Source of the DNA: a virus
Length of the DNA stretch: 44,019 nt
Virus record (IMG/VR): IMGVR_UViG_3300011200_000001
Reading direction: 5' to 3' (one strand)
Shown here: piece by piece, positions 15,241 to 24,480 of the stretch
Numbering within the stretch: position 1 is the first letter of the stretch
How the letters are laid out: the number at the start of each line of letters is the position of its first letter
Program-made: the position numbers and the translations under genes
The notes under the pieces: model-generated
Database searches by the model: none
What the model was told of the DNA's origin: nothing
The model's input: only the letters and a program-made list of their open reading frames with translations

Positions 15241-16773
15241 TCAGTAGGGGGAGATGCTGTACACGTCTTCGTCGTCGAGCAGGTCGTCAGACTCGATCAA
15301 CGTCCCGTCCAACATCGGGACCAGCAGCAACCGGTGCAAAGCCTGAGACAGCGCATCGACCTGGTCATCATTCGCGACGTTCGGGAAGTCCTTGGCCTCC
15401 TGGACCAGACCACTCACCCACGGCGCGAACGACACATCGGGCAGGTGCACGTTCCCCGCCTCGACCAGCGGTGAGACTGCTGCGGCCCGCGCGTACTTCG
15501 ACCCTTCCGGTTCGACCGGGATCAGCCCGACGAGCTGGGAACGCAACGCGTTCAAGATCGCGGGCCCGTTGGCCTTGTCCTCCACGAGCTTCGCTGTCGC
15601 CTGCGGCCACCGCTTGGACAGTGCCCGGATCGCTTTCAAGGACCCGGTGAACGACATCCGTGCCCGGACCTGGTCCAGCAGGAACACGTCAGCGCCCCTG
15701 CGCAACCAAACCTGGCCGACAACGAAGTCGCTGCTCTTGGTGTCTTTGAACGTGAAGTCCCACGACTGGCAGAGCTCGACGTCGGCACCGTTGGCGTTCG
15801 GGACCATACACACGCCGTTGTGTTCCAGCCACAGTGGCTGGTCGTAGGAGTGCCACCAGTCCTCTTGGAGCACGCCGCCGGTCTCGGGTGAGGGCCGGCC
15901 TTGGTAGAGGGCGGTGAAGTCCCGTGTCCCGGTCTGGACCCGGATCTGCTCCCACTGCGCCGGTGTGCGTTGCTGCCCGGTGTCCTCATTGACCCGCGCC
16001 GACGCCATCCACTCACCCGGCTGCCGGCCGAGGAGGTCGGTGCCGCCCTTGTTCGGGTCGTGGTCGGCCTGAGCGGGGATGTTGATGACCCGCCACCGGT
16101 GCGCGTCTTCCTGCCCCAACAGGTACCCGGCGAGGTCGTCGGTGTGCCACCGGGTCAGGACCAGGATCACCGGTGCGCCCGGAGCCAGTCGGGTGGATCC
16201 GACAGTGCGCCAGAAGTTCTTCGCCTGCTCCCGGTAGACGGGGGAGTCGGCACGTTCACGGTTCGCGACGGGGTCGTCGATGATGAGGCAGTTCGCGGCC
16301 CGGCCGGTCAGGCCGCCGGTGATACCCACGGAGCGGACCCCGCCGCGGTGACCGTCGATCTGCCATGAGGACACCGCGCCACTGTCGGGTGCGATCCGCA
16401 GCCCGAGGTCGAGGGTGTCTTCCTGCCCGGAGTGGCCGGTGATGGCCGTGCGGATGTCGCGGCCGAAGTCGTTGGCGAGGTCCTGGGCGTAGGACACGAT
16501 CGCGACCCGCCAGTCGGGGTTGTGCAGCAGGAACCACAGCGCACCGATCTTGGTGACCCTCGAGCTCTTCCCTTCCTGCGGGGGCATGGTGATGATGAGC
16601 CGGTCGCAGCGGCCTTGGGTGACGTCGATGAGTGCTTCGTCGATGAGGTCAAGGGCGGGGGTTTGGACGGTGCGGGGGTCGAGGGCTTTCGCGAGGTCGC
16701 CGGGGGTGGCCCAGCGTTGGGTGAGGGGTTCGTAGCGTTGGGCGAGGTACTCCCAGCAGAGGTCAGCCGTCAT
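15241..16773 (-). CDS. terL: terminase large subunit
   Basis: 510 aa. An ATPase motif is present (ITMPPQEGKSS). A nuclease-type C-terminal half and the position upstream of the portal gene support the call. Confidence 0.85.
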   Translation of the reverse strand: MTADLCWEYLAQRYEPLTQRWATPGDLAKALDPRTVQTPALDLIDEALIDVTQGRCDRLIITMPPQEGKSSRVTKIGALWFLLHNPDWRVAIVSYAQDLANDFGRDIRTAITGHSGQEDTLDLGLRIAPDSGAVSSWQIDGHRGGVRSVGITGGLTGRAANCLIIDDPVANRERADSPVYREQAKNFWRTVGSTRLAPGAPVILVLTRWHTDDLAGYLLGQEDAHRWRVINIPAQADHDPNKGGTDLLGRQPGEWMASARVNEDTGQQRTPAQWEQIRVQTGTRDFTALYQGRPSPETGGVLQEDWWHSYDQPLWLEHNGVCMVPNANGADVELCQSWDFTFKDTKSSDFVVGQVWLRRGADVFLLDQVRARMSFTGSLKAIRALSKRWPQATAKLVEDKANGPAILNALRSQLVGLIPVEPEGSKYARAAAVSPLVEAGNVHLPDVSFAPWVSGLVQEAKDFPNVANDDQVDALSQALHRLLLVPMLDGTLIESDDLLDDEDVYSISPY

Positions 16774-16871
16774 GGGGTCACCTCGAAGGCCGGTCAGGGC
16801 GGGGCATGCGTGAGGCCCGAGAGCGGGGTGCTCGATCGGGCCTTGGGCATAGTCGTGCTGTCGTTTTCATA

Positions 16872-17102
16872 TTACACACCGAACCCGGCGCGACGCTTCA
16901 CCCGCCCTTGTGGCGTGTCCCGGCGGGCCTTCTCGCAGTCGTAGAACGCCAACTCCGAGATCATCACCTCACCGAGAACACGGGTCGACGACAGTCGGTA
17001 GCGGGTGATCCACACACGGATCGTGGACGCCGGGAGCCCAGCGATCTCTGCGGCCTCGTCCAAGGTGATCAAGCCGATGTCGTGAGCTGACAGGGGGCTC
17101 AT
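16872..17102 (-). CDS. excisionase/MerR-type HTH DNA-binding protein just upstream of terL (small terminase candidate)
   Basis: ATG at 17102 forms an ATGA overlap. The sequence ITLDEAAEIAGLPASTIRVWITRYRL is an HTH_17-like motif. Confidence 0.6.
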   Translation of the reverse strand: MSPLSAHDIGLITLDEAAEIAGLPASTIRVWITRYRLSSTRVLGEVMISELAFYDCEKARRDTPQGRVKRRAGFGV

Positions 17103-17920
17103 GCGTGCACCGCGTCCGCGTACGACTTGGCCAGGAACTGGTAGTGGCCCCAGTCCCACGACGCGCCACAAGCGCGGCATACGACCAGGTCGTCACCGTC
17201 TTTGCGTTGCAGGCTCCTGCGCCCGCACAGCATGCACGTGCCGGGGAGCCGGTGGATGAGGCGGTCGGTGCCGGTGACCTGCTCGAGGCGCCGGGCCAAC
17301 CTCAGCGCGTCGAACCCGATGGCGACGGCATCAGGGCAGGACAGGAGCGCGGTGGCGCGGCTGGTCAGGTAGATGGTCGCGGATTCCAGGGTCCGCCATG
17401 GGCGTTGCCCGAACTGGTGGTCGCCGATGTGCGCACGCAACTGGTCCTCAGTGTTGACCGCCCACCGGATGATCTCGTCGGCCTGGTCCCACGCGGGCGA
17501 TGGTGAGGGTGTGGTGACGCCGGCTGTTGGGCGGCTGTTGCCGGCGCCGTGGGGGGTGTTGAGCGGGCCTGGGGTGAGGGGTTCGCACTGGGCTGGGAAC
17601 CCGGCGATGGTCGCTGTGATGTGTTCCTGGCAGGGCCTGCACCAGTCGGGTGCGGCGGGGGACATGGGGATGTTGTGGGTGGGCCGCTGTGGGTGGTGTG
17701 GTGGGCAGCATCCCGGCTTGATGCGGTGTCTTGGGCGTTCCGGTGCGGGTCCGGCTGTGGCGCGGAGTTCGTTGAATGCGGCCCGCTCGGCGGCGACCCA
17801 GAGGTCGTTGCACGGCCCGGGGCAGGGATCTGCGTCGTCGGAGAGTGCGGCGTCGTGGGCGATCTGGGCGACGTCCAGGTGGGCCAGGCGGGAGCCGTCG
17901 TGACGGCGGCGGCCACTCAT
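17099..17920 (-). CDS. hypothetical Cys/Pro/His-rich protein with C-terminal zinc-ribbon (CMLCG...CRACG)
   Basis: ATG at 17920 follows GGGAGG and overlaps the upstream stop (ATGA). The longer track ORF has a low-complexity Arg/Pro extension that was judged non-coding. Confidence 0.65.
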   Translation of the reverse strand: MSGRRRHDGSRLAHLDVAQIAHDAALSDDADPCPGPCNDLWVAAERAAFNELRATAGPAPERPRHRIKPGCCPPHHPQRPTHNIPMSPAAPDWCRPCQEHITATIAGFPAQCEPLTPGPLNTPHGAGNSRPTAGVTTPSPSPAWDQADEIIRWAVNTEDQLRAHIGDHQFGQRPWRTLESATIYLTSRATALLSCPDAVAIGFDALRLARRLEQVTGTDRLIHRLPGTCMLCGRRSLQRKDGDDLVVCRACGASWDWGHYQFLAKSYADAVHA

Positions 17921-18648
17921 GCGGCGCCTCCCAGGGTTCGGATGTGCTTCGGGAACAGGTCCGCGATCCCGGCTGCCCACGCACCCGGGAAGTTCTCCCG
18001 CGTGACCCCTGCGTTGATCAGCCAGGCGCACAACGCGGCCATCAGGGAGTCCAGGAACTGGCCGAGGAGCAAGCCCCGCTGCTTCGCGAGGTCCACATGG
18101 GCGTCGTCGACTCCTGCGGCGTGGGCGGCTTTGGCGTAGGTCACGAGCTGGTCTTCGGCGGAGCGCAGCATCACCCACCAGATGTTGGGTTTCGCCTCGT
18201 AGGTGGTGCCGCGGTCGTCGCCGCCTTCCTTGTTCCGGATCTTGCCCCAGACCAGGTCTGCGGGGTCGATGGCTTGGACTTGCTCACGGAGCCAGCACAC
18301 TTCGGCGTACTTCGCGGACACCAGCCAGATCATGGCTTCGGTGTGGGAGATCTTCACTGGTTCGGGCAGGCCGAGGCGGGCCATCTGTGCGCGGGCTTTG
18401 CCCTCGGCGATCCGCTCCTCGGCTTTGCGGAGGTTCTGCTTCGCGTTCGCCCCGTGCTTCGCGCACACCAGCTGCCCATCCTTCGGGGGGTTCAGGCATG
18501 GCTCGCCGGCCGCCCGGGTCCGCCGCCCGGGTTTGGGGTCCCGGGTTTCCTTGACGTGGCTCTTGCAGGAGGTGTGCCCGTGGGGTGTGACGTGGGCTTG
18601 CGGGCCGGGGCACGCAGGCGGGTGGTCGCTCATCTTGGTGCGGGTCAC
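17917..18648 (-). CDS. HGGxSTG-like zinc-ribbon protein (alternative small terminase candidate)
   Basis: The N-terminal motif GEPCLNPPKDGQLVCAKHGANAKQN is followed by a helical domain. The GTG start overlaps the upstream stop. Confidence 0.55.
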   Translation of the reverse strand: MTRTKMSDHPPACPGPQAHVTPHGHTSCKSHVKETRDPKPGRRTRAAGEPCLNPPKDGQLVCAKHGANAKQNLRKAEERIAEGKARAQMARLGLPEPVKISHTEAMIWLVSAKYAEVCWLREQVQAIDPADLVWGKIRNKEGGDDRGTTYEAKPNIWWVMLRSAEDQLVTYAKAAHAAGVDDAHVDLAKQRGLLLGQFLDSLMAALCAWLINAGVTRENFPGAWAAGIADLFPKHIRTLGGAA

Positions 18649-18896
18649 GACGGGTCCTCGAGTGCGGCCTGGATGTCGGCCTCACGAACCCCGATAGCCC
18701 GTAGCGGGTTGTCTGGGTGGAGGAGTGCCCGAACCCTGCCGATCGCAGCCAACGCGGCGTCCCGCTCATCCTCAGCCTTGACCAGCGCCTGGATGGCACT
18801 GACGAATGACCCCATCGCATCCCGGTAAGCCTGTAGGTCTGCGCGCAACCGTTCGATCTCCTCGTCCTCCTCGATATCCGTCCCACGGTCGATCAC
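18645..18896 (-). CDS. hypothetical coiled-coil protein (83 aa)
   Basis: The GTG start overlaps the RuvC-like stop (GTGA). The product is acidic and helical. Confidence 0.6.
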   Translation of the reverse strand: MIDRGTDIEEDEEIERLRADLQAYRDAMGSFVSAIQALVKAEDERDAALAAIGRVRALLHPDNPLRAIGVREADIQAALEDPS

Positions 18897-19411
18897 GACA
18901 CCACCTCACGCACGTACGAACCACTGGTGACGCCCGCGGCAAACGTGTCAGCGGCCAGAACAGCCAGGGCGTAGGCCTGCCAGATATCCGCCCGGAAGCC
19001 GTAGAACCACCCCGGCGAGGCCTTGGTGCCCTTGCCGCGGTTGGGCTGGCCCGAGGCGAACCGGTCGATCAACGCCTGGGTGATGTTCGAGTCCTTGGCC
19101 TTCGAGGTCCCGCAGAGGTGGAGCTTCACGTCACGGCGGTAGACGAGGTCGACCTCAGCGAATAGGTCAAGGCTCACTTCAAGGAATCGGCCGACCCAGA
19201 CGCAGGTTTCGAATACTTCTTTCCCGACTGCCATTCCATAGCTCGCGACCATTTCGATAGCGACCAGGTCGGCATTCAGCCCGCCATGACTGACGCAGTC
19301 CCTGAGGTCCGTGTTGGGAATCTTCCCGACGTCAATGGGTGAGCAATTAGTGCCCTCAATGAGGGCGTAACCGGATTCGGTGTTTCCTGGATCAATAGCG
19401 AGGATGCGCAT
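18893..19411 (-). CDS. RuvC-like Holliday junction resolvase
   Basis: The start MRILAIDPGNTESGYALIEG matches the RuvC catalytic motif. The longer track ORF (to 19789) would run through the iteron array. Confidence 0.75.
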   Translation of the reverse strand: MRILAIDPGNTESGYALIEGTNCSPIDVGKIPNTDLRDCVSHGGLNADLVAIEMVASYGMAVGKEVFETCVWVGRFLEVSLDLFAEVDLVYRRDVKLHLCGTSKAKDSNITQALIDRFASGQPNRGKGTKASPGWFYGFRADIWQAYALAVLAADTFAAGVTSGSYVREVVS

Positions 19412-19478
19412 GCGGTCCTGGTTTCCTGGGTTGTGTTGATGGGTTCTGGTCCCTCTGGCCGCCGGCCCCCGCGCGCGC

Positions 19479-19512
19479 GGGTGTGTGCGTGTACGCGCGG
19501 GCGCACACACCC
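19479..19512. repeat. 11-bp perfect inverted repeat GGGTGTGTGCG-12 nt-CGCACACACCC flanking the iteron array
   Basis: Read directly. It lies in the 443-bp non-coding gap 19412-19854. Confidence 0.7.
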
Positions 19513-19528
19513 CGTAGGGGGAGGGTTT

Positions 19529-19838
19529 GGGACAAGCGAATCGTGTTGTGTGGCAATGGGTTTCGTTTTCGGCGGTTTTGGGACAAGGTGTATAAGTGCA
19601 GGTCAGGGCTTGTCCCAAGGGGTTTGGGACAAGCTGGGACACGTGGGTAATCCGGGTTTTGGGTGGTGCCTGTAACCCTCTGACCTGCGGGTATGTCTTG
19701 GGCGCTATGTGGTGCGTTGGTGCTTGGGACAGGAATGGCTTGGGACACGTGGGACAAGACGCGTTTGCGCAGGTCAGGGCTTGTCCCAAGGGGTTTGGGA
19801 CAGCCTGGGACAGATGGGACAGGGTTGGTGGTGGGACA
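19529..19838. repeat. iteron array: 13 copies of GGGACA (mostly TTGGGACAAG-like), including two 44-bp direct repeats and two palindromic pairs; probable replication origin
   Basis: Direct copies start at 19529, 19580, 19626, 19636, 19726, 19742, 19751, 19797, 19807, 19816 and 19833. Inverted copies are at 19611 and 19782. The 44-bp repeats are at 19598-19641 and 19769-19812. Confidence 0.7.
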
Positions 19839-19854
19839 GATCTTGGCCCTCATG

Positions 19855-21279
19855 TCAGTCCTCGATTTCGAAGGAGTGGACGAGGTTGACGAGCTCCATC
19901 TGGCGGGCGTCCATGATGCGTTGGACGGTTGATCTAGGAATGCATGAGGCGTCGCTGACTTCACGCACGGTGAGTTTCTTTCCGGCGGCAGTAATGGTGT
20001 TGCGGATGGTGTACCAGCGTTGATCGTTGAGGCTACTGACGGCATTCCAGGGCCATTCTCCGCCCCTTTGTAGGGCTGGGGGGAACTGTCGTTCTTCGCG
20101 CATTCCGCGCCAATGGGTGAGGTCTCCGTCTTCGGATAGGTGGAGGCCGAACTCTGGCCAGCGCAGCCACCCGGACCAGCCGTAGGGTTCTTTGGGGCGG
20201 TTCTTGGGGTTGCCGTTGGCGGATTTGGCGCTGTGGGCTTCGAGGACGACGGCGAGGTCGTGGCGGGCGCGTAGGGCGTCCAGTGCGATGGCTGCCGGTT
20301 TGGACTCGACCTCTTTGATGGGGTCGCCGTTGGCGAGCTTGTAGATGGGGCCGGTGATGAGCAGGTCGGGGCTGTGGTGGGCGATGAGGGCGGCGAGCCA
20401 GGCTTGGTCTTCGGGTGCGGACAGGTTGAGGCCTTCGACTTTGCAGGCGATGACGAGGTTGGTTGGGTCCAGGTCGTGGCCGGCGGCCAGGCGTAGGGGG
20501 CGCATCTTGCGGCGGGTTTGGCGTTCGGAGTTCTCCAGGTCGAGGACGAGCACTTTGTGTGGGTCGCAGAGTTCGCCGGTGAAGGGGTGGATGCCGGCGG
20601 CGATCTGGGTGGCCCATTGGCGCAGGAGGGTGCTTTTGCCGTGGCCTTCGCCCGCGGTGAGGATGAGTCGGTCCTGTCGTTCGAGCATGCCGGGGACGAG
20701 CCAGTCGTAGTGGTCGTCGGCTGCGCCTGCGCCTAGGAAGGTGTCGACGTCCTGGCCGGGCATGTTGGCTCGGTCTGCGCTGAGGCGTTGGTCGTCCTCA
20801 AGGTGGTCGCGTAGGAGGCGTAGTGCGACGTTGTGGGATGTCTCGTCGGGTGAGCGGGCGGTTTGCGCGAGCCGGGTGGCCAGGGTGGCGTCGCGGCGTT
20901 GTGCTTGCAGGTGTAGGAGCCGCCCGGCGTAGTAGGTGGCTGAGCCGGGGGTGGCGACGCCTGCGACGAGTTCATGTAGGTAGGCGGGGCCACCTGCGCG
21001 GTGGAGGTTGCCGCGGCGGTCGAGTTCGTCGGTGACGGTGATCGTGTCGATGGGGGTGCCGGTGACGGCGAGGGTGAGGACTGCGGTCCAGGTGAGCTCG
21101 TGGGCTGGGCTGTAGAAGGTTTGGGAGGTGATGCCTTGGTCGCGGAGTTCGGTGATGACGGCGGGGTAGAGCATGGTGGTGCCCAGGACCATGCGTTCGT
21201 AGTCGTTGTTGTGGGGTAGGTCGGTGGGGGGTTGGTCTTCGGGTGGTATGGGGTGGAGGTATCGGGCTTCGTTGCTCAA
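19855..21279 (-). CDS. DnaB N-terminal domain + RepA/AAA_25-type ATPase + C-terminal HTH replication protein
   Basis: The N-terminus resembles a DnaB N-terminal domain (ERMVLGTTMLYP...). A Walker A motif GEGHGKST is present. The C-terminus LTVREVSDASCIPRSTVQRIMD is an HTH. TTG start follows GAGGTG. Confidence 0.75.
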   Translation of the reverse strand: MSNEARYLHPIPPEDQPPTDLPHNNDYERMVLGTTMLYPAVITELRDQGITSQTFYSPAHELTWTAVLTLAVTGTPIDTITVTDELDRRGNLHRAGGPAYLHELVAGVATPGSATYYAGRLLHLQAQRRDATLATRLAQTARSPDETSHNVALRLLRDHLEDDQRLSADRANMPGQDVDTFLGAGAADDHYDWLVPGMLERQDRLILTAGEGHGKSTLLRQWATQIAAGIHPFTGELCDPHKVLVLDLENSERQTRRKMRPLRLAAGHDLDPTNLVIACKVEGLNLSAPEDQAWLAALIAHHSPDLLITGPIYKLANGDPIKEVESKPAAIALDALRARHDLAVVLEAHSAKSANGNPKNRPKEPYGWSGWLRWPEFGLHLSEDGDLTHWRGMREERQFPPALQRGGEWPWNAVSSLNDQRWYTIRNTITAAGKKLTVREVSDASCIPRSTVQRIMDARQMELVNLVHSFEIED

Positions 21280-21398
21280 GCCTGCCCACCTCTTTCGTGG
21301 TTGTTGGTGGTGTCGCCCGGCCGATGGCGCCTATCGGTGGGGGTCTGTGGTGCTGCTGTTTTTCGCCCAGGTCGTCGGGGGCGTTCGTGCGCGGGTGG

Positions 21399-21695
21399 CT
21401 ACGTGTTGCGACCTGCCCACTCGGTGCCGCAAATGACCCAGTCGGCGGGGGTGAGCAGGGTGGCGACGTCGTTGCGGTCGTCGCTGACGCTGCCGTGGGC
21501 GATCTGTACCTCGCCTGCGATCGGGTCGACGCGCCAGATCCCGTCCTGGTCGTAGCGGACGCGCAGGAGCACGCCGTTGCTGAACCCGAGGATGGAACTG
21601 TCTTCGTCCGTGCCGTAGGTCGGGCTGAACTCCTCGGTGATGTCGCCGTCGACCTCGATCAGGTCGTCACTGGCTCCGGTCACGGTGATGCTCAT
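21399..21695 (-). CDS. hypothetical protein (98 aa)
   Basis: ATG at 21695 forms an ATGA overlap. Starts MSITVTGASDDLIEVDGD... Confidence 0.65.
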   Translation of the reverse strand: MSITVTGASDDLIEVDGDITEEFSPTYGTDEDSSILGFSNGVLLRVRYDQDGIWRVDPIAGEVQIAHGSVSDDRNDVATLLTPADWVICGTEWAGRNT

Positions 21696-22567
21696 GACGG
21701 TGTGCCGTGCCAGATGCTGGCGGTGATGCCGCCGGCGACGTCGGTGACGATGTCGTCGAACGCGGCCCGGAGGATGTCTTCGGGGCGTTCCATGACGTAC
21801 CCGAGGAGGAGGGTGCCGTCGGTGATGCGGTACCGGAAGCGGGCGTTGACCCTGTACCCGGGGCATCCGTCGAAGGGGGCGATGCCGAGCTCGAAGGTGT
21901 CGGGGATGGTGATGTCGCCCTTCTTGCCCGCGGTGGCGGTGGTGTCCTCGCGGTACTCCAGGGTTGTCTCGCCGGACTTCAGTCGGCGGGATGATTCGAA
22001 GTTGACCTTGGTGTGGGCCTTGAATGACTGGGCGAGTTCGAGCATGTCCGCGCCGGAGGGGGTGGCGAAGTCGGGGAGGCGCTCTTCGACGTGCTCAGCG
22101 AACGTGGTCTGGGGCATGAACTTCCGGTCGAGGGTGGCCCACGCGACCCAGGCGGGGGTTTTGCGCAGGACGAGCTGGGCGCGGTGGTCGCCCCACCCGG
22201 CGGGGCCTTCGATCATCTGGGTGACGGCGTCGGCGAGCTCGTCGATGCCCTCGTTGGTGTTGATGACGGCCACGAGCTGCTGGTTGGCGAGGTCAGCCCA
22301 GACCTCGGTCTCGGGCAGGGCGTGTTTGGTCAGGTAGGCGATGAATGCGGGCGCGTCGTGGACGCTGACCATGCCCTTCTTGCGATCGGGACGGTCCTGA
22401 CCCTTCTCGATCACGGAGCGGAGGTTGAGTTCACGGACTGCGCCGTCACGGTCGACGCCTGCCCAGATCCCTGGTGCGAGCAGGGTGGGGGTGCAGGCTT
22501 GGCGGGTGATGTTCTCGATCGCGGCGACGTCGCTCGTGCTCGACAGGACGGACTCGAATTCGGGCAT
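21692..22567 (-). CDS. DUF2303 (YfdQ)-like protein
   Basis: 291 aa starting at ATG 22567. Size and context among recombination genes fit the family. The family assignment is from memory only. Confidence 0.55.
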   Translation of the reverse strand: MPEFESVLSSTSDVAAIENITRQACTPTLLAPGIWAGVDRDGAVRELNLRSVIEKGQDRPDRKKGMVSVHDAPAFIAYLTKHALPETEVWADLANQQLVAVINTNEGIDELADAVTQMIEGPAGWGDHRAQLVLRKTPAWVAWATLDRKFMPQTTFAEHVEERLPDFATPSGADMLELAQSFKAHTKVNFESSRRLKSGETTLEYREDTTATAGKKGDITIPDTFELGIAPFDGCPGYRVNARFRYRITDGTLLLGYVMERPEDILRAAFDDIVTDVAGGITASIWHGTPS

Positions 22568-22569
22568 GG

Positions 22570-23166
22570 TCAGGCTCCAATGCGGGTTAGTAATGAGTGG
22601 GCAGCACGGCGGGCGCGTGCTCGATCGCGGTTGCATGATCTGCAAAGTCGGTAACCGTCCGAGGTGATGTAGACGTTCGCCCCAGACAGGGGGTGATCGT
22701 GGATGCAGTCCGTCTTGTTGGCGTTCACCGCGGTCGGTGATCGACCTCGGAGCACGTTCTCGCCCTGAGTGACGACTTCGAGATGGTCGGGCCGACCACA
22801 GAGCCGGTGAGCGCACGGGCCACCTGGGCAGGTCAGGTCGCGCGTGTGGCAGAGGTGGTCGGGGACCAGCCCGTCTGGGATGGGACCGACGAACATCAGG
22901 TACATCAGGCGGTGTGCGGTGAACGTTGTGCCGTCGATGTGCAGCGACCCGTAGTTCTGCGGTGACGGCGTGCCCGTCCACGGCATACAGGCATCCGGTT
23001 CGGTGGGCACCATGTAGTGATTCAGGAGACGTTCAGTGACGGAGAGTGCGGGGATCGACTCAAGGTCCCCGCGTCTCCACGACTTGAGGTAGTGCCGCTG
23101 GCACATGTCTCGCGTGCGTGTGGCGCGGTCGCACCCGTTGATGGAGCAGGTTCGGGTGGGCTTCAT
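22570..23166 (-). CDS. HNH endonuclease
   Basis: An N-terminal CSINGC...CQRHY zinc motif is present, plus DHLCH...C...H...N spacing typical of HNH nucleases. Confidence 0.75.
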   Translation of the reverse strand: MKPTRTCSINGCDRATRTRDMCQRHYLKSWRRGDLESIPALSVTERLLNHYMVPTEPDACMPWTGTPSPQNYGSLHIDGTTFTAHRLMYLMFVGPIPDGLVPDHLCHTRDLTCPGGPCAHRLCGRPDHLEVVTQGENVLRGRSPTAVNANKTDCIHDHPLSGANVYITSDGYRLCRSCNRDRARARRAAHSLLTRIGA

Positions 23167-23549
23167 GCGCCTGAGCCCTGCGTGACCTCGCCAGTCGTGG
23201 TGTTGACTCGGGGCGGCGGCGGGACTTCGCGGAGGCTCTCGAACGAAAGCTGATCCGGATTGTCCCGGGTGAGGTTGCCGTTCTCGTCGGCGTAGAACAC
23301 ACCGGACGGCCGGTCATATTCCGGCAGCTTGAGCTTAATCTCGTCGCTGACGACGAGCAGTGAGGCGTCTTGTTTCATGGGTTGGACGGTCACGGTCAGG
23401 GTGATGGTGCCCTTCTTGCCGGTGTCTTGGACGCGGGCGATGAGGTCGTGCAGGCCTTCCCCCAGTTCGGCGTGGGTTCGGCCTTTGGCTTGTTCGGCGA
23501 GCCAGTCCCCGAAGGGCCGGATGATCACGTCGTCGCTGGGGGTGGTCAC
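23163..23549 (-). CDS. hypothetical protein (128 aa)
   Basis: GTG at 23549 follows GAAGGAG and forms a GTGA overlap. Confidence 0.65.
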   Translation of the reverse strand: MTTPSDDVIIRPFGDWLAEQAKGRTHAELGEGLHDLIARVQDTGKKGTITLTVTVQPMKQDASLLVVSDEIKLKLPEYDRPSGVFYADENGNLTRDNPDQLSFESLREVPPPPRVNTTTGEVTQGSGA

Positions 23550-24052
23550 AGTTCTCCTTCGGTGGGCATGCGGTGGTCGAACTCGGACTGCATCTGGGCG
23601 CGGTAGGTGGGGCACATCGGGTCATGGGTGTCCGAGTCGCAACCCAGGGTGAACGCACAGTTGGGGGCGTCTGTGTCGGTGTCGGGGCCGTAGGTGAACA
23701 CGGTCCCTCCGACTGTGATGAACTCGTTCAGGCCTGCGCCGGGCAGGTCGCGGCCGACGGGGTGCCGGCGGCGACTCCCGGCCTGGGGGTTGTCGTTGGT
23801 GACGGGGATGCTGGTGGTGGGCATGGGCGGGTTTCCGTTCCTGTTGGGGTGGGCTGCGCGTTCGGCGATTTCGCGGTCGTTGCGGAGGGCCATGCGGCGG
23901 CGGGAGCCGTGGGCGTTCCTTGTGGTGCATCGGGTCCCCGCTGGGCTGTGGCAGTCGGGGCAGGGGACGCCGATGATGTTGGTGTTCGGGGTCCTGGTCG
24001 CTGCCCCTGTTTGGGGGCTCTTCGCGGCGGCGACCATGCGGTGGGTCCTCAT
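23546..24052 (-). CDS. hypothetical zinc-finger protein (CPDCHSPAGTRC)
   Basis: ATG at 24052 forms an ATGA overlap. This is an internal start within the 268-aa track ORF. Confidence 0.6.
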   Translation of the reverse strand: MRTHRMVAAAKSPQTGAATRTPNTNIIGVPCPDCHSPAGTRCTTRNAHGSRRRMALRNDREIAERAAHPNRNGNPPMPTTSIPVTNDNPQAGSRRRHPVGRDLPGAGLNEFITVGGTVFTYGPDTDTDAPNCAFTLGCDSDTHDPMCPTYRAQMQSEFDHRMPTEGEL

Positions 24053-24480
24053 GCGGCGTGCTCCTGGACGGTCTTGTTGCGGATCATCCGCTCGAGCAGG
24101 TCGTAGCGGCCGGCCCTGGCGCAGTGGTGCTCGATGGTGGACCTGACGACACGGAGGCGGTCGGCGATCTGGTCGAGGGTGGAGCCGTCGCTGACGAGCC
24201 ACTCGATGTCCTCGAGGTGGACCTTCTGCCACGGCTTGCCGGTGACCTGCCCGAGGTCGGGCAGGGCGTCGGGGGTGTCGATGTTGTCGTCCCAGGCCAT
24301 GGGCACCGCCCACCCGACCGTGGCGGCATACCGGATCGAGCGGTCGGACCACCGGTTTCTGGGTGGGGCCTGGTCCCAGAGCTCGTCGTAGAGGGCCGTG
24401 ACGGAGCGTGCGGTGGCGGCGGCGTGAACCCGGTCAACTGGTAACTCAGAGTTTGTAGTTGGGCCGTGGATGCTGCTCAT
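24049..24480 (-). CDS. putative HTH DNA-binding protein
   Basis: The C-terminal region DGSTLDQIADRLRVVRSTIEHHCARAG is HTH-like. Confidence 0.6.
   Translation of the reverse strand: MSSIHGPTTNSELPVDRVHAAATARSVTALYDELWDQAPPRNRWSDRSIRYAATVGWAVPMAWDDNIDTPDALPDLGQVTGKPWQKVHLEDIEWLVSDGSTLDQIADRLRVVRSTIEHHCARAGRYDLLERMIRNKTVQEHAA

Noticed and set aside
19412-19854. The repeat field considered as a CRISPR array or as coding sequence (track ORFs 18893..19789, 19392..20045, 19596..19889 and others).
   Set aside because: - The repeats are 6-10 bp cores at irregular 9-90 bp spacing and in both orientations. There are no 25-40 bp repeats with unique spacers.
- ORF translations are repeat-derived (GTSPDL.../LGQ... 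motifs).
- An iteron origin fits better.
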